Source: the human T2T-CHM13v2.0 reference genome, Homo sapiens. From it: a stretch of DNA of 64,000 bases. Below, in pieces: positions 34,192 to 49,558 of the stretch (position 1 is its first letter; each line of letters opens with the position of its first letter). The position numbers and the translations under genes are program-made. Where the stretch lies: assembly GCF_009914755.1 (NCBI RefSeq), contig NC_060935.1, one strand, 5' to 3'. A model generated the notes under the pieces. That model saw only the letters and a program-made list of their open reading frames with translations, did no database searches and was not told the DNA's origin.

Positions 34192-34490
34192 TTTTTTTTT
34201 TTTTTTTTTGAGACAGAGTCTTGCTCTGTCGCCCGGGATGGAGTGCAGGGGCACAATGTCACCTCACTGCAACCTCCGCCTCCCAAGTTCACGCGATTCT
34301 CGTGCCTCAGCCTCCTGAGTAGCTGGGACTACAGGCATGTGCCACCATGCCTTGCTAACTTTTGTATTTTTAGTAGAGATGGGGTTTCCCATGTTGGCCA
34401 GGCTGTTTTTGAACTCCTGAAGTAAAGTGATCCACCTGCCTTGGCCTTTCAAAGTGTTGGGATTACAGGTGTGAGCGACCGCACCCAGCC
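34192..34490 (-). mobile_element. Alu
   Basis: Poly-T plus antisense dimer. Confidence 0.93.
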
Positions 34491-35544
34491 TACTTTCTTT
34501 TATTTAGAACTCAGTTTCCCAGCCTCCATTACAACTGGGTTCAAGAATATAACCTAGGCTTTGCCAGTCAGGCTCATCCATATCAAACTTAAATTCAGGT
34601 ATAAGCAACCAGAGGAAAGTGGCTCATTATGGAGCTCCTTGCCTTGCTGGTATGAATTGCCCTAATAGCCAGGCGGCTGCCTTAGTTGGCAGCACTAGCA
34701 GTGACGTTAGTTTCTCAGTGGTTGCAACATGGAGTTTCTGATGTAATAGTGGTATTGACAGAGAGCTGCAATGGTGATAGTTTTCTTGCTGGGCTAGTTC
34801 TGCAGTGGTTTTGTGCATTATTCCCAGAGGAATGGCCCCAGTCCTGAATCTCTACACCTTCCAACACACCTGAGAACTACCCAATATCTTCAATATAATC
34901 CTTTTCTGCTATATCAGCAAGAGTCAGCAGCTTTTCTTTCGTACAGCTAAGGATCCTGACTTTGTATGATTGTGGGTCTTTTTCCCCACAGTGGGCTACA
35001 GTCTCCATTAGATGATTCGCCAACTATTTATTGAGTGCTTACTATATGATGGACAATGTCCTAGCCAGAGCTTACAGTATAGTGGCAGGGCAGGTACATA
35101 CACGATTATACTAGAGTGTAATCAATGCTATGAAGTGATCGTGGGAAAGCACACATTGGAGGCACAGTCTATGTGTTCATCTTTGTATTTGAGGCTCTAA
35201 TGCACTTCCATCATATAGAAGCATTCAGTTTATATTTGTGGAATGAATTTTGGGTGGAGACAAATAGAGCAGCAAAATGCTGGTGTCCTTCTCCATCAAT
35301 AATATTCTCTTTGCATCCAACCTGTATTTCCTGTATGTCTGAGTCTTTAACTTATGGTCACTTGAGGGCGGACCAGGAGTTGGAACTATCATTCATTCAC
35401 TTAGTCAGTGTGCAAACATTTATTGAACACATGACATGTACCAGACATTATGCTAGGTGCTGGGAAACAATAGAGAATAACACAAGTCTATCTGCCTCAC
35501 AAAATGATAGACACTAGTGAGTCCTTTACAAGTTAGTTGGTTTC

Positions 35545-35790
35545 TACCCATAGAGACGGAAAGTATTATAGAATGGTGGCTACCAAAGGCTGGGGAGAGA
35601 AGAATGGGGAGCTTTGTTTAATGGGTACAGAGTTTTCATTTAATTTTGCAAGACAAAAAGAGTTATGAAGATGGATGGGGGCCGATGGTTACACACAGTT
35701 TGAATGTACATAATACTACTGAGCTGTACATGTAAAAATGGCTAAGATGATACATTTTATGTATATATAACCACAATTGAAAAAAAGTAC
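35545..35790 (+). mobile_element. Old L1M 3' end fragment
   Basis: GTTTAATGGGTACAGAGTTT...AAAATGGCTAAGATG. Confidence 0.75.
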
Positions 35791-36540
35791 ACCCCCACCC
35801 CCAAAAATAGAACAATAAATTTACACATGTTGTTAAGGGAAAAAATGTGAGTTGGTTTCTAAAAATGAATGGTAAAAGCTGCTTTTGTTATGATTGTAAA
35901 AAGATAGAGAGATTTCATGTTTTCTCAGTGAGATTTACTTATATCCCACAGTAAATTTTGATTCATTTTTAAAAAGAAGCAGGTGATAGAGGATGGCTCA
36001 TCTGGCTTAATGTGCACAGATAATTATCTTCTAGCTATGTATGAATTAGTCTGTTAATAATCAATATTTGCATAAGGAAAGAACCAGAATCTGCCTGGCT
36101 TTGAGACTGAAGTAGTTGCAAATAAGGCAAGGCACTGGAGAGATTTAACAAAAGAGAGTAAATTGGCCTGTGTCCATTTCTCTGTTTCTGCCAATTTCCT
36201 GTCAACTTCCATTTTAGCAGATTGACAACATGTTATAAACTGTGATTAAGTCTTCACAATGAAAGCTCATTTGCTGGGTATCTTCCCCATTCCTGCACCT
36301 CTGCTTCCTTTCCCTTGTATTCTAGAGCCCCAATTTTTCTTGCACTTTCTTCTTCCCTCACCTTTAGGTTTTTTCCTTCTTGTCTCCTCCTTTACAGTAG
36401 AAACTGCAGACAGAGTGTGAATCTATATAATTAATCAAAAAAAATTTATTGAGTATTTTGTGTTCAACACTTACAGGATTCTTAGATTCAGATGAGCAAA
36501 AGTGAAAATAAAACAAGTAAAGGCAAAGATAAAGCAAACA

Positions 36541-36862
36541 GGCCAGGCATGGTGGCTGACGCCTATAATCCTAGCACTTTGGGATTCTGAGTCAAGAGGA
36601 TTACTTGAGAGGATTACAAGAGCCCAGGAGTTTAAGAGCAGCCTGGGCAACATAGCAAGATCTCATCTCTACAAAAAATAAAAAATTAGCCGGGCATGGT
36701 GGTGTGTGCCTGTGGTCCCAACTACTCAGGAGGCTGAGGTGGGAGGATCACTTGAGCCTGGGAGGTCAAGCCTGCAGTGAGCAGTATTGCGCCACTGTAC
36801 TCCAGCCTGAGTGATGATGATATTCTGTCTCCAAAAGCAAGCAAACAAACAAAACAAAAAAA
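36541..36862 (+). mobile_element. Alu (AluJ-like)
   Basis: Dimer with AluJ-type GGATCACTTGAGCCTGGGAGGTC. Confidence 0.92.
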
Positions 36863-37599
36863 TAAGCAGAGAACAATGAACTCTGATGCAATTGGATTTT
36901 CCTCTTGAAACGAGATCAGAAAGAGAGAGTTCTGTGTGGACTGAAGTTTGTAAGGGTGACTTCTCAGAAAGGGAGTGGGGGAGCTTTGTCTGAATCTGAA
37001 GGATTTGGCCAGATGAGAGGTGGTGATGTGAGTTTTCAGTGTCAGTTCTAGGCAGGATTATGTTGTGCTCTGAGGACAGTAGGAAGAGGAGAGATGTGAG
37101 TTCAGAGGTTTTGTAGGGAGCATGTAGGGAAGCCTCATGGGCCTTTCCAGTGTTAATTAAATCCCGTTATTTATCAGCTCCTACTTTGACTTTTTTTGTG
37201 TCTTCTCTGTAGGAGGCTATAGGAACTCAGCCTATTTTATTTCTCTGTTTAAAGCCACTGCTCTCCACCCCGATCCTTTGGTGTTCTTATTTCTTCAAGT
37301 CTACATATGGAGTGAGTTGCAAGTCTCCAGGCCATTCCTCTTTGCTGCCTCTGAACCTAACCACTTTCCATAGGGAAAGTTTCATTGCTAATAATGACAG
37401 AGAAATTGACAAAAGATAAAACTGCTGTTGTGGAGAAGGTTAAAAAAAAGATGAAAGTTGTTAGTCTTAACCCCTGCTCAATATTTTCTGTTGCTCATCT
37501 AAAAAATTGGAGAAGTAGGGCTTACCAGTCCATTCATTCAACAAAAATTGAGCAGTTGAACACACAAATACACACACATATACACACACAAGAAACAAC

Positions 37600-38185
37600 T
37601 AGAAATAAGTGCTGAGAAAACACACTGATGTGATGAACAACTGGGTGGTGACTTCAGAATAAGCAGTCAGGGAAGTCCTCTGTAGTAGGTAACAGTTAAA
37701 CTGAGTCCTTAGAAGGAGCCATGTGAAAACAAGGGGGAAGTACATTTCAACCAGCATAGTGTGTTGGGGGAATAAAAAGAAAGCCAATGTGCCTGAAGCT
37801 CAGTGAATAAGAACAGAGAGGTACAAGGGAAGATCTGGGCCTTTTCAGATGAGGAATTTAGATTTTATTTTAAATATGATGTATGGAAAGAACAAGAACA
37901 ACAAAACAAAATGTGATGAGAAGCCATTTGAGAGTTGGCAAGTCATCTTGTGCTTTATATATTTTTAAAAACATCACACCAGCTTCTGTGGAGGAACAAG
38001 AGTAGAAACAGACCAGTTATGAGGCTATTGTTGGGGGCTTGAACTAGGGTAGAAGTGGTGACAATGGAAGAAGTGAATGGATTTAGGATGTGGATTGAGA
38101 GTAGAGTCAATTGGATATGATGGCTGAGGGAAAGAGAAATTAAGCCTCTTAGGTTTGTGGCTTGAGCAACTGGGTGAGTGGTAGC
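37600..38185. mobile_element. L2 remnant
   Basis: GTCAGGGAAGTCCTC, GAATTTAGATTTTATT, GGCTTGAGCAACTGGGTG are L2-like segments. Confidence 0.65.
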
Positions 38186-38427
38186 TTCACATCCCATATC
38201 CTGGAATACTAACCCACACTTTTTGAATTCTGTCCTACTGTCCTTCTGTCATTTCTGAATCTCTTATAGCAACCTTCATCAGGAACGCATACAGAGTTAG
38301 CCAAATTGAATACAATATTTCAGTGATCATCTGTTGGTATCTACATGGGTCAAGAGGGAAGTAAGCGCTATTGGATGATCCCTAAGTTTGCTCTCACCCA
38401 GGAATACTGCATTTTGAGTATTACTTG

Positions 38428-39171
<744 letters not shown>

Positions 39172-41074
39172 TGAAACCTCTTATTTCTATGAGAGACAAA
39201 AGGATGTACTGTGTGATGTCTCATTACACCCATCGTTGTACCGATGAGAAACCTCAGCAAAATCCCAGAGGTAAGTGTTGACAGTTTCAAAGGTCAGAAG
39301 GCCCATGACCTTGCATGTAAAATCAAAAGGTCAGAACTATTATGTTGTCAGGGTGACACCCTAAAGAGGGGAGGATGGGTAGGCAGTGTTCTCCCTCCTC
39401 AAAGAAAATTTTGTCATTTTACCCTTATAATTGCCACATATTTTTTCCAGATACCTTTCATGTAGCCCACCCCCAATAAGTAAATATATTAGAATTTCAC
39501 TGTGTAATGAGAATAAAAGAAAGGACTTTAGATGATAAGCTTTTGTGATCTTCTCCTCTCTCCTCCCTTCAGCCCTGACTCCAGTGTCTCCAGCTGAGAG
39601 GCTGAGCTTGCCAGCTCCATTTCTGACTGCTCATGGAGCAGAATCAGTGACCAAGGAGAAAAGGGCTGAGTGAAGAAACAAGTGTGAGTGCCAAGATGAT
39701 GCCAAGGGCTGTGATTTCCTGGTGGGAAGAAAGAAGGAATAGAAGCCAAAGGAAGGGGGATGAAAAGCAAAACCAAGAATCACAAGGAATCAAGTTCGGA
39801 GAGAATTTTGGCAGAGATTTTGAGAGGGGGGCTTTAAGTCAGCCATGGACATACTGAAGCAAGAGGAATGAAGGGAAAAAAGAAAAGGGGGGAAAAAAAG
39901 AAGAAGAATGGGGCCAAGGAGGATTTAAGACTACCATTATAGGTTACAAGTTGAATTCTTTTTAATATTCTTCAAGCAATGACAGTAAAGATTCAAATAA
40001 CTTTTAAATTACCTTTGATTTCTAAACCAAGTTTCTTGGAATGTGAAAGTCGCCAAGACTGGGCCCTGCAGGGCCTGGGTTGGGCTACTACTGCCTATGG
40101 AGATTCTGAGGGTATTAACCTTAATAATGGCATGAAATCAATAAAAATCATCCAAAAGCTTTTTTCTGAGCATCTATTGTATGTGCAGCATTGTATAAGG
40201 CATGGAAGAAAAAGCAAAATAGTATAATGTGTGGCCATGTCCCTGCAGGTGTTATATTTAAGTAAATGACCCATTTCCACGTGGGCAAGTAAGTAATAGC
40301 ACTCCACCAAAACTGTCACCAGACTGTGAGGGCTGTAAGTTGGTAGGAAGAAGTACTAACTAAATGTAGAACTTAATATCTATTTTTCCTTATTTGATTT
40401 TTAAACTTCACCCCAAAATGTAATAATTGCCGTAAGCTTTAAGATTTTATAATTCCAATAATATATACCAAACAAAAATACCATTCCTAGAAAAAAAAAG
40501 TCTGGAAAAAAGGTAAAGATTAATAGTCATATTTCTGGTTGACCATTCTCTGAGTGATCTTTTTTTTTCCTTTCTACTTTTCTGAGTTTTTCAGCTTTTC
40601 TGAAATAATATGTATGACATTTCAAGGAATTTTTTAAGCTGTTATTTTAGAATTATAGTTCTAATAATGATAAAAGACATTTTCTGACTATCCTACAATA
40701 AGATACGAGGCTAAAAACAAATATGATCTAATCTACTTTTAGAGCCTAGGCCTGAGGAAGAAAAGGGTAAAAGAAAACCATATTCCATGATGGAGAAAAA
40801 AGTCTAGAACTTACTCAAATTCTTTCTTCTAAACATATCAAGTGATCTATTTGTAGCGACCAGGTCTTTGCGTAAACATTCCAGCCATTTGCCTAATCAT
40901 CTGGTTTAAATTTTAATGGATTTAACCTTGGAAAGAGGGCTGTGTCTACACTGAGAGTCAAGATACCTGGTTTCTGATGTCAGCTGTGCATTGCAGCTGA
41001 CTTCCTGTGTCTATGATTGAGCTGTCTCACTGGCGTTGCCCATGGGTTCTTCGTCTTAAAAATGAGCATTTTAC

Positions 41075-42060
<986 letters not shown>

Positions 42061-42279
42061 GAGAGATTTAATAAGATATTTCTGAAATATCTTTGAACTC
42101 TAATATATATATATAATTATTGGTAGACATGGGGTTTCGCCATGTTGCCCAGGCTGATCTTGAACTCCTGAGCTCAGGCAATCCACCTGCCTTTGAATTC
42201 TAATAGTCTGTAATACCACAGGCAAAGGGCTACTGTAAGAAGAGGGAATTGATCTGAGTCTTGAAGGATGTGTTAAAAT

Positions 42280-42601
42280 AGGGGTCCGCAGTCCCTGGGT
42301 CGCAGACCATTACCTGTTCGTGGCCTGTCAGGAACCGGGCGGCGCAGCAGGAGGTGGCAGTGGGCGAGCCATTACCGCCTGAACTCTGCCTCCTGTCAGA
42401 TCAGCTGCAGCATTACCTTCTCATAGGAGCACGAACCCTATTGTGAACTGCACACATGAGGGATCTAGGTTGTGCACTCCTTATGAGCATCTAATGCCTG
42501 ATTTGAGGTGGAACAGTTTCATCCTGAAACCATCCCCCACCTCTCCATGGAAAAATTGTCTTCCACAAAACTGGTCCCTGGTGCCAAAAAGGTTGGGGAC
42601 T
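42280..42601 (+). mobile_element. MER1-type hAT-Charlie DNA transposon relic
   Basis: AGGGGTCC...GGCCTGTCAGGAACCGGGC...CCCTGGTGCCAAAAAGGTTGGGGAC. Confidence 0.8.
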
Positions 42602-45003
42602 TTTGTGTTAGAATTTGTCCACTAGAATGCTTCAAAGATGGGAAAACCCAAAATAGCAAACAGGAGGCTGCAGGCCACATCCAGCCGGGAGTTAAGTTTT
42701 GTGTGGCTTTCACAGTGTTTATCAACACAGCATTTAGGATTTTAAAAACTTGGTTGCTAAAATTTAAAACCCGAGAGTATCGATATAAAAATTCTGATTC
42801 CTGGTTTCTCTGGAAACATTGAACAATCTGGTAATACCAGACCGATCCTCTCAACAGGAGTTATGAAATGGCTGCTCCCTTTATGCAGTATTTGAACTCT
42901 CTGTACTCTCCGTATTGTTTTATTCCCAGCTGGCTTCTTAATTTCTAATACTTGCATTTGAATGTCTGATCCCTAACATAAAACAAGAATCAGGTAAATT
43001 ATTTCTGAGGGCCCTGTCCCTGGGTTGTCAATTTATAAAGTATTAAATTTTGTTTTCTTTTTGTTTCTTTCTTGCCTCATCTGCAATATAGAAACAACTC
43101 TTCTAGGCTACCACATAGGGCTTCAGATTTCTGTAACTGACACAAATATGTGTAAATAATTTTGCAAGCATAGAGTTATAAAGAATACTTAGACTACTCA
43201 TGCAGGCAGTTCCTGAAGTTGGGTCACTGTTGTCTAGAATAGTTAAAACATTTTATAACTACTTTTATGACTACAAATTTTATTGGTTTTATTTTTCGTT
43301 TCAAAGAAAGTCAAAAGTATTACTTTAGTTTTGAACAAAAAAATGCACAGAAGTATCTAAAATAAAAAGAAAAAATCCTTCCTGTTTTACTTCCCTAGGG
43401 GTAACCACAGTTAGCACTTGAGTGTTTTTCTTTCCAGACCTTTGTTTCTGTTTGTGTCTTTGTTTTAGTTTTAGGTTTTGCACCTACAATTACGTAGATA
43501 TTTGAATATGTATTTATATGAACATAGAAACATAGAACATATGGGTTTTTCCCGAAAATACATGCTTTTCAACTTGCTTTTAAAAAATTTGACAGTATGT
43601 CATAATCATTTTTCCATATGTATACACAAATGTATATGTTTCATTGTGATGGCTACGAAGTATTCAGAGCATGGATGTAATTCATTTTAGCATTTCACTT
43701 TTGACAGATATTTCAGTTATTTCTGATTTTTACTAACATAAATGTGATGATACTTTTTGGCAATGTGATGGGCAAATGACGGTGTCTCATTTTGTTTAAT
43801 TTGAACTTCCCTTCTTAATCACTGAGATGGAACATCTTTGCCTATGTTTATTAGCCATTTTTATTTCCTTTCCGGGAATTATCTGCTTATATCCTGAGTT
43901 GCTTACCAAGTTGTGGACATGAAAATAATGTAACTAGAAAATACATGTATGTAGTTATATACTAAGGGATGTTTCAAAACCTCATTCCTGTCTTGGAGTG
44001 TATGTTCTTGTTCCTTCCTAACATGTCAGCTTCCTCTTATTATGGCTTGTAGATCACCAGATTAGCAACATTTGTTCTTTGTTCAGAACAACTAGCTAGG
44101 GGCAACATGTAATTTACAAAGAAATGCAGAGGTTACAATCTAATGATGCAAAGAGAAGTAATAGATATAAAACATACATGGAGCAAATCTAACAAAAGAT
44201 AATGAAAATTGCTTTCTTTTGAGCAGTGCTTTGCAGTGTTGAAGAAGATGTGTATATAAATAGCTAAAAGATTAAGCAAAAAGGTAAGTGCTATAGCATT
44301 GTAATAGGGATTCCAGGGAAACAGATATAAGTTGAGAGTGTGGGGACTGTTATTGTGGAACCAGAAAGAACTCCAAGAAGGATGGTAGAGAGAGAAAAGT
44401 TGGGGTGGAAAGCCTTCTTCGAAGTGGAAGATAAACAATGTGAAGAGAAAGGACAAAAGAAGGACCAGCTCCCATTAGATTGAGCACAGCATTTAGAATG
44501 CCTGGGAAGTGACACAGGAGTGAAGACTCCCCTATTAACCTTCTTTCTTCTGAGCACCATACTCCTGTTAAGTCAATCTTAAGGCTGTGCCATTTTTATC
44601 AGCCATATCTCACTAGTGGTTTATCTGGGGTTTGAGATGAACTGAAATCTTCTAATGTTTCCACACAGACATTGTCTGTGACCACAGGAGGAATACGCTA
44701 CATGTGAACCATTCTATCCCTGATTTTTAGTCACCATGACATCCATTAACTCATTGAGTCCTTTATTATCTAATGTGACAGCATTCCAAAGATAGGTATT
44801 GTCCTCCTAGTATGCATTAGGGCTGTGGTAGGTGGTAGCGAGACAAAAGTGAACATGGCAGGTTTCCTTCCTTGTGTAACCTCAAGTTTATCGCAGGTGG
44901 GTTAAGTGGAGTACTTAGATACTTAGCTAGAACATGTGAGTACCCGAGTCTTAGAGGTAGTGTGTCCGGATTTGAATCTGTTTCAAGGCCTGATCTTCAC
45001 TCT

Positions 45004-45510
45004 TGTTAATAAGGGTTAGCCTGCAAAGGTTCTCTACCACTTGTATGAGTCTGGTGGGATAGAACACTCATACATACCAAGTTAGGCAAACAGATTTAAT
45101 ACTCACAGATAAGCAGCAAGGATAAACCAAAGCCTAGGATCCCTGACAAGCTGGTCCTCCAGAGCTCAGGAAAGCCATCCAGAGTGGGGTGGAGTCTTAT
45201 CTGCACAGACCCCATGTCACAATACAGCTAAGGACACCGAAAGCACACCACCCTGGGCTTTTATATCCTGGGTGCAAAGGGGCTTGCTGAGCTCAAGTGT
45301 TGCAGAATATAGCCCGGTGGTTCCGGGCCTTTTTCCTTATGTCAGGATGTCATATTCTCAGTGCATTCTGTAAGAAATCTCGGTGGGTCAAGGTCATCCA
45401 GAGACCTGTCCTCCTGCATAGCCTTGTTGGGAAGGACCAACAGGTGGCTTGCTGGTGCCTGAGACACAAGAGACTGGTGAGATGAGCTGAAAATGGGAGG
45501 TGATAATTCA
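45004..45510. mobile_element. Old LTR, probably ERVL class; family unresolved
   Basis: Starts TGTT; LTR-like composition; antisense poly-A-signal-like motif. Confidence 0.4.
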
Positions 45511-46347
45511 CACTCTCATTCAGGGAAGCCTTGGCTTTTATTTATATTATATTTTATTGTACCTGTTTACAGAAGATCAGTATGCCTTAGCAGATGGAGG
45601 AAGTTTTACTCACACTTAAAACATTTTTTTTTTCTTGTAGAACCAGTTAGTTCACATGGCCCTCTGGCATACTAGAAAGCTGGAGTGGCTCTAATAATGG
45701 TGGCATTATAATAGAATCTAACTGGACATTTGTTACTTCGTTCAGGGTTCATATTGTTCAGATTATTTTGTTTTGTATTATCTTGTTTTATTGCTTGCTG
45801 TAAATTGTAAATGTTACAATAACAAACTGACCCAGGGTGAGAACAATTTTCAGCTTGCTGGATTTCTATATAAATAATACAATCTGTGTATCTCCCACAT
45901 CGGTTTGCTCAGATAGTTTATAAAACACCAATAAAATGTCTGACTTCAGGATTAAGGAAGCTGTGTAGTACGGTGGATAAACACTTGATAAGTGTTGGAA
46001 GGTAAGGCTTCTGATCTTATTTCTGCCACTTCTAATTGTGGAGCACAAACCACAAATTTATTTCCTCTTGGGTAAAATAGGGAGAGTTCAATTGACAAGG
46101 GTGTCCTTAGTGTCCTATACAGCTGCCAAAAACAACAGCCACCCTGGAACCAAACCCATGACTTCAAGAGACACAAGTGTGTGCTGACCCCAGAGATGCA
46201 TGGCTGCATATCTTCCTGGTTATACATTTGCTGTGCCACCTGACAGCATGACCTTCAATCTGTCCTCTCCTCTATCTACAAGCCTAGGTCCCTTAGTTTC
46301 TTGGAACTTCCATTTCTTCAACTGTAATATAAGGAAAATAATAGTAC

Positions 46348-46986
46348 TGTTACCGGAATGGGGTCCTGATCAAGACTCCAGAGATGGTTCTTGGATCTCA
46401 CACAAGAAAGAATTCAAGGCAAATTCATACGGCAAAGTGAAAGTAAGTTTATTAAGAAAGTAAAGGAATAGCAAGCAGGCTCTGTGGTGCGATGGATAAG
46501 TGCATTGGACTTCTAGCCTAAATCGAAAGAGATTCAAAGAAAGTAAAGGAATAGAGAATGGCTACTCCATAGACAGAGCAGCCCCGAGGGCCTCTGGTTG
46601 CCCATTTTTATGGTTATTTCTTGATTATATGTTAAACAAGGGGTGGATTATTCATGCCTCCTGTTTTTAGACCATGTAGGGTAACTTCCTGACATGCCCA
46701 CGGCATTTGTAAAGTGCCATGGTGCTGGTGGGAGTGTAGCAGTGAGAATGACCAGAGGTCACTCTCATCACCATCTTGGTTTTGGTGGGATTTAGCAGGC
46801 TTCTTTACTGCATGCAACCTGTTTTATTAGCAAGGTCTTTATGACCTGAATCTTGTGCTGACCTCCTGTATCATCCTGTGACTAAGAATGCCTTAACTTA
46901 CTGGGAATGTAGGCTAGCAGGTCTTAGCGTTATCTTATCAAGCCCCTATTTAAGATACAATTGCTCAGGTTCAAGCACCTCTGACA
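46348..46986 (-). mobile_element. MER41-type ERV1 solo LTR inserted in a MIR
   Basis: TG...CA ends, 4-bp TSD GTAC; reverse strand begins TGTCAGAGGTGCTTGAACC like MER41. Confidence 0.88.
46472..46539 (+). pseudogene. 3'-truncated retrocopy of intron-containing pre-tRNA-Arg(TCT)
   Basis: GGCTCTGTGGTGCGATGGATAAGTGCATTGGACT-TCT-A / intron GCCTAAATCGAAAGAG / ATTCAAAG; 18-bp TSD AAGAAAGTAAAGGAATAG. Confidence 0.9.
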
Positions 46987-47009
46987 GTACCTCTGTCATA
47001 GGAGTGCCT

Positions 47010-47322
47010 CGCGGTCAGAACAAATTTATAGACAAAAATGTAATGTGATGTACAGAAATTGGAAGTGAGGTACAGAAACAGCTGGATTGGTTACAGTTCA
47101 GCATTTGCCTTATTTGAACACAGTTTGAACACTCAGCAGTAAACGACTGGTTGAGCCATGGCTGCTGGGATTGGCCAAGACTCAGCGATTGTTACAGGAA
47201 CATAACTCCTAAGTTAGGTTTTCAATCTTGCCTACCTATTAAGTTAGGTAGCAGTTCATCCACAAGGACTCAAATATAGAGGTATGGAGTCCTTCTCAGG
47301 CCACGTTTAGTTTGCTTTAACA
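47010..47322 (-). mobile_element. MER57-like ERV1 LTR fragment
   Basis: Reverse strand begins TGTTAAAGCAAACTAAAC...GGCCTGAGAAGGACTCC. Confidence 0.78.
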
Positions 47323-47648
47323 CACTAAATAAAGAAGACATTTTTGAAATGAAAACGTGAAATTCCAGATGAACAGTAAATAGAACTACCAGTCAGTGAG
47401 TCATTTTTCTTGGCTGACCCCACAGTGAAAATGCATAAAAACACTGGAGAAAGTATAATATAAAATGACATTTAATGAAGAAGACTTCAGTAAATCGATG
47501 AGGAAGTTAGGATTTTTCAGAGGCTAAAAAGTAAGTGAAAGCAGAAACACAAAAAGGTCAAAGAGGTTGGCTTTTACCATGGAGACATTTACCAAAGCAA
47601 ACTCTGGTTTTCTTCCTTGAGAAGCACAAATGACCTGGAGCCAAGGCT

Positions 47649-48296
47649 TGTTACAGTAGGTAACTAGGCAGACATGAACAGGGCCGGAGAGGCCCCCCTT
47701 CATCAGGAATGTCTGGCAACCATCAGGTTGATGGTCAGGCGGTTGTTAAACTGCCTCTGCAAAATAACAATTTGTTGCAGCCAGCGCCAGGGAAAGGCAG
47801 TCTCCCAATAGGTAGAAACACCTGAAACTGGTGATCAGCATCTTCCCGATGGAGTTGGGCGGGCAGGTTCACGCATGTTCACTAAGCAGCAAAATGGCAG
47901 AGTTTAACTGGTGTAAGACCTTCTAGGAACACTCGACTGGTAAGGGAAGAATGCCTCAAGTGAGCATGCGTACAACTCCAGTAAACACAGTGCACAAGCG
48001 GCCCCTCTCAAGTGCTGGCAGGTCACTGCGCATGCGGAATGCCAACGTATAAGACCCCAAGTTGAGGGTCAAACCACGCACTTGATCTCTCAAGTCACCT
48101 GCTTGGCCTCTTCCAAGTATACTTTACTTCCTTTTGTTCCTGCTCTAAAACTTTTAAATACACTTTCACATCTGCTTTAAAACTTGCCTTGATCTGTCCT
48201 TATGCCTTATGCCCCTCAGTCAAATTCTTTGTTCTGGGGAGGCAAGAATTGAGGTTGCTGCAGACCCAAACAGATTCAGATTCACTGCTGCTAACA
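47649..48296 (+). mobile_element. MER50-like solo LTR
   Basis: TGTTACAGTAGGTA...TGCTAACA; near-TSD GGCT/GACT. Confidence 0.82.
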
Positions 48297-48499
48297 GACT
48301 CACCTGAATTGAGGGTGGAATAGCAGACCCCTGTCAAACCTAGAAGACATAAAAGGTGAAAGTGCTGATGTCTTCTTGGATTTCTTCTTCTCCCTTTTCT
48401 TTTGGAAGCGAATTGTTCAGTAAGTCCTCTTCATTCTGTAATCCAGTCATTGCTCCTGATCTTCAACCCTTCAGGCATTGACACCCTCCACCAGCGAAA

Positions 48500-48922
48500 A
48501 TCTCACTTACATGTGGAATCTTAAAAAAAAAAAAAAGTCAAATATACAGAGAGAAAAAAAACTGTGGTTGTGGTTACCAGGGGAAGGGCAGGGGTTGGGA
48601 GGAGGGAGGAAATGGAGACAGGTAGGTTAGAGTTTACAAAGTAGCAGATGTGTAGGATGAGCAAATCTAGATATCTAATGAACAACATGAAGTCTATAGT
48701 TAATAAAATTGTACTTTATTTAGGAATTCTGCTAAATGAGTAGATTTTAGCTCCTCGTGAACATACACACACACAAATGGGTAACTGCATGAGATGATGG
48801 ATATGTTAATTTGCCTCACTATAGAAACCATATTACTATCTATATGTATCCCACAACATTATGTTGTATGCCTTAAATACACATACACGATAAAATTTAT
48901 TTAACACAATTTAAAAAAATAA
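48500..48922 (+). mobile_element. Old L1MA-type 3' end
   Basis: TCTCACTTACATGTGGAATC...GAGTAGATTTTAGCT...A-rich end. Confidence 0.78.
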
Positions 48923-49189
48923 AGTCATGGGTATTGGAGTATATTTAGATTTGCACAATTTATAGCATGTGGTAGGTACTCAAAATATATTAGTTTTCTC
49001 CATCTTCAACTAGAAAACAGAGGAGATTGTAATGTTAAAGATGCTTGAGAAGAATGTTACACATTAAAAGCAGAATTTTAAGAATCTTAATGTAATAGCA
49101 GTGTTGGAAAGAAAAGCATTAGAGAATAGGATAGTGTTAGGACACGGTTTACAACATTGCTTTTCAAACTATTTCTGATGAGGAGCCTC

Positions 49190-49228
49190 TTTCTCTCTCT
49201 TTCTCTCTCCTTCCTTCCTTCCTTCCCT

Positions 49229-49271
<43 letters not shown>

Positions 49272-49278
49272 TCCTTCC

Positions 49279-49310
<32 letters not shown>

Positions 49311-49558
49311 CTTGTTGCCCAGGCTGGAATGTAATGGCGCAATCTTGGCTCACCGCAACCTATGCCTCCCAGGTTCCTGCCTCAGCCTCCCGAGTAGCTG
49401 AGATTACAGGCATGTGCTACCATGCCTGGCTATTTTTGTATTTTTGGTAGAGACGAGGTTTCTGCATTTTGGCCAGGCTGGTCTCAAACTCCTGACCTCA
49501 GGTGATCCACCTGCCTCAGCCTCCCAAAGTCCTCAGGTGTGAGCCACCACGCCCCGCC
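49190..49558 (-). mobile_element. Alu with a compound microsatellite tail (CT/CCTT/GCTT/TTTC)
   Basis: (GCTT)n and (TTTC)n runs followed by an antisense Alu. Confidence 0.9.

Noticed and set aside
46478-46539. Functional tRNA gene
   Set aside because: It lacks the T-arm/B box and the 3' acceptor strand, and has substitutions in the D arm.
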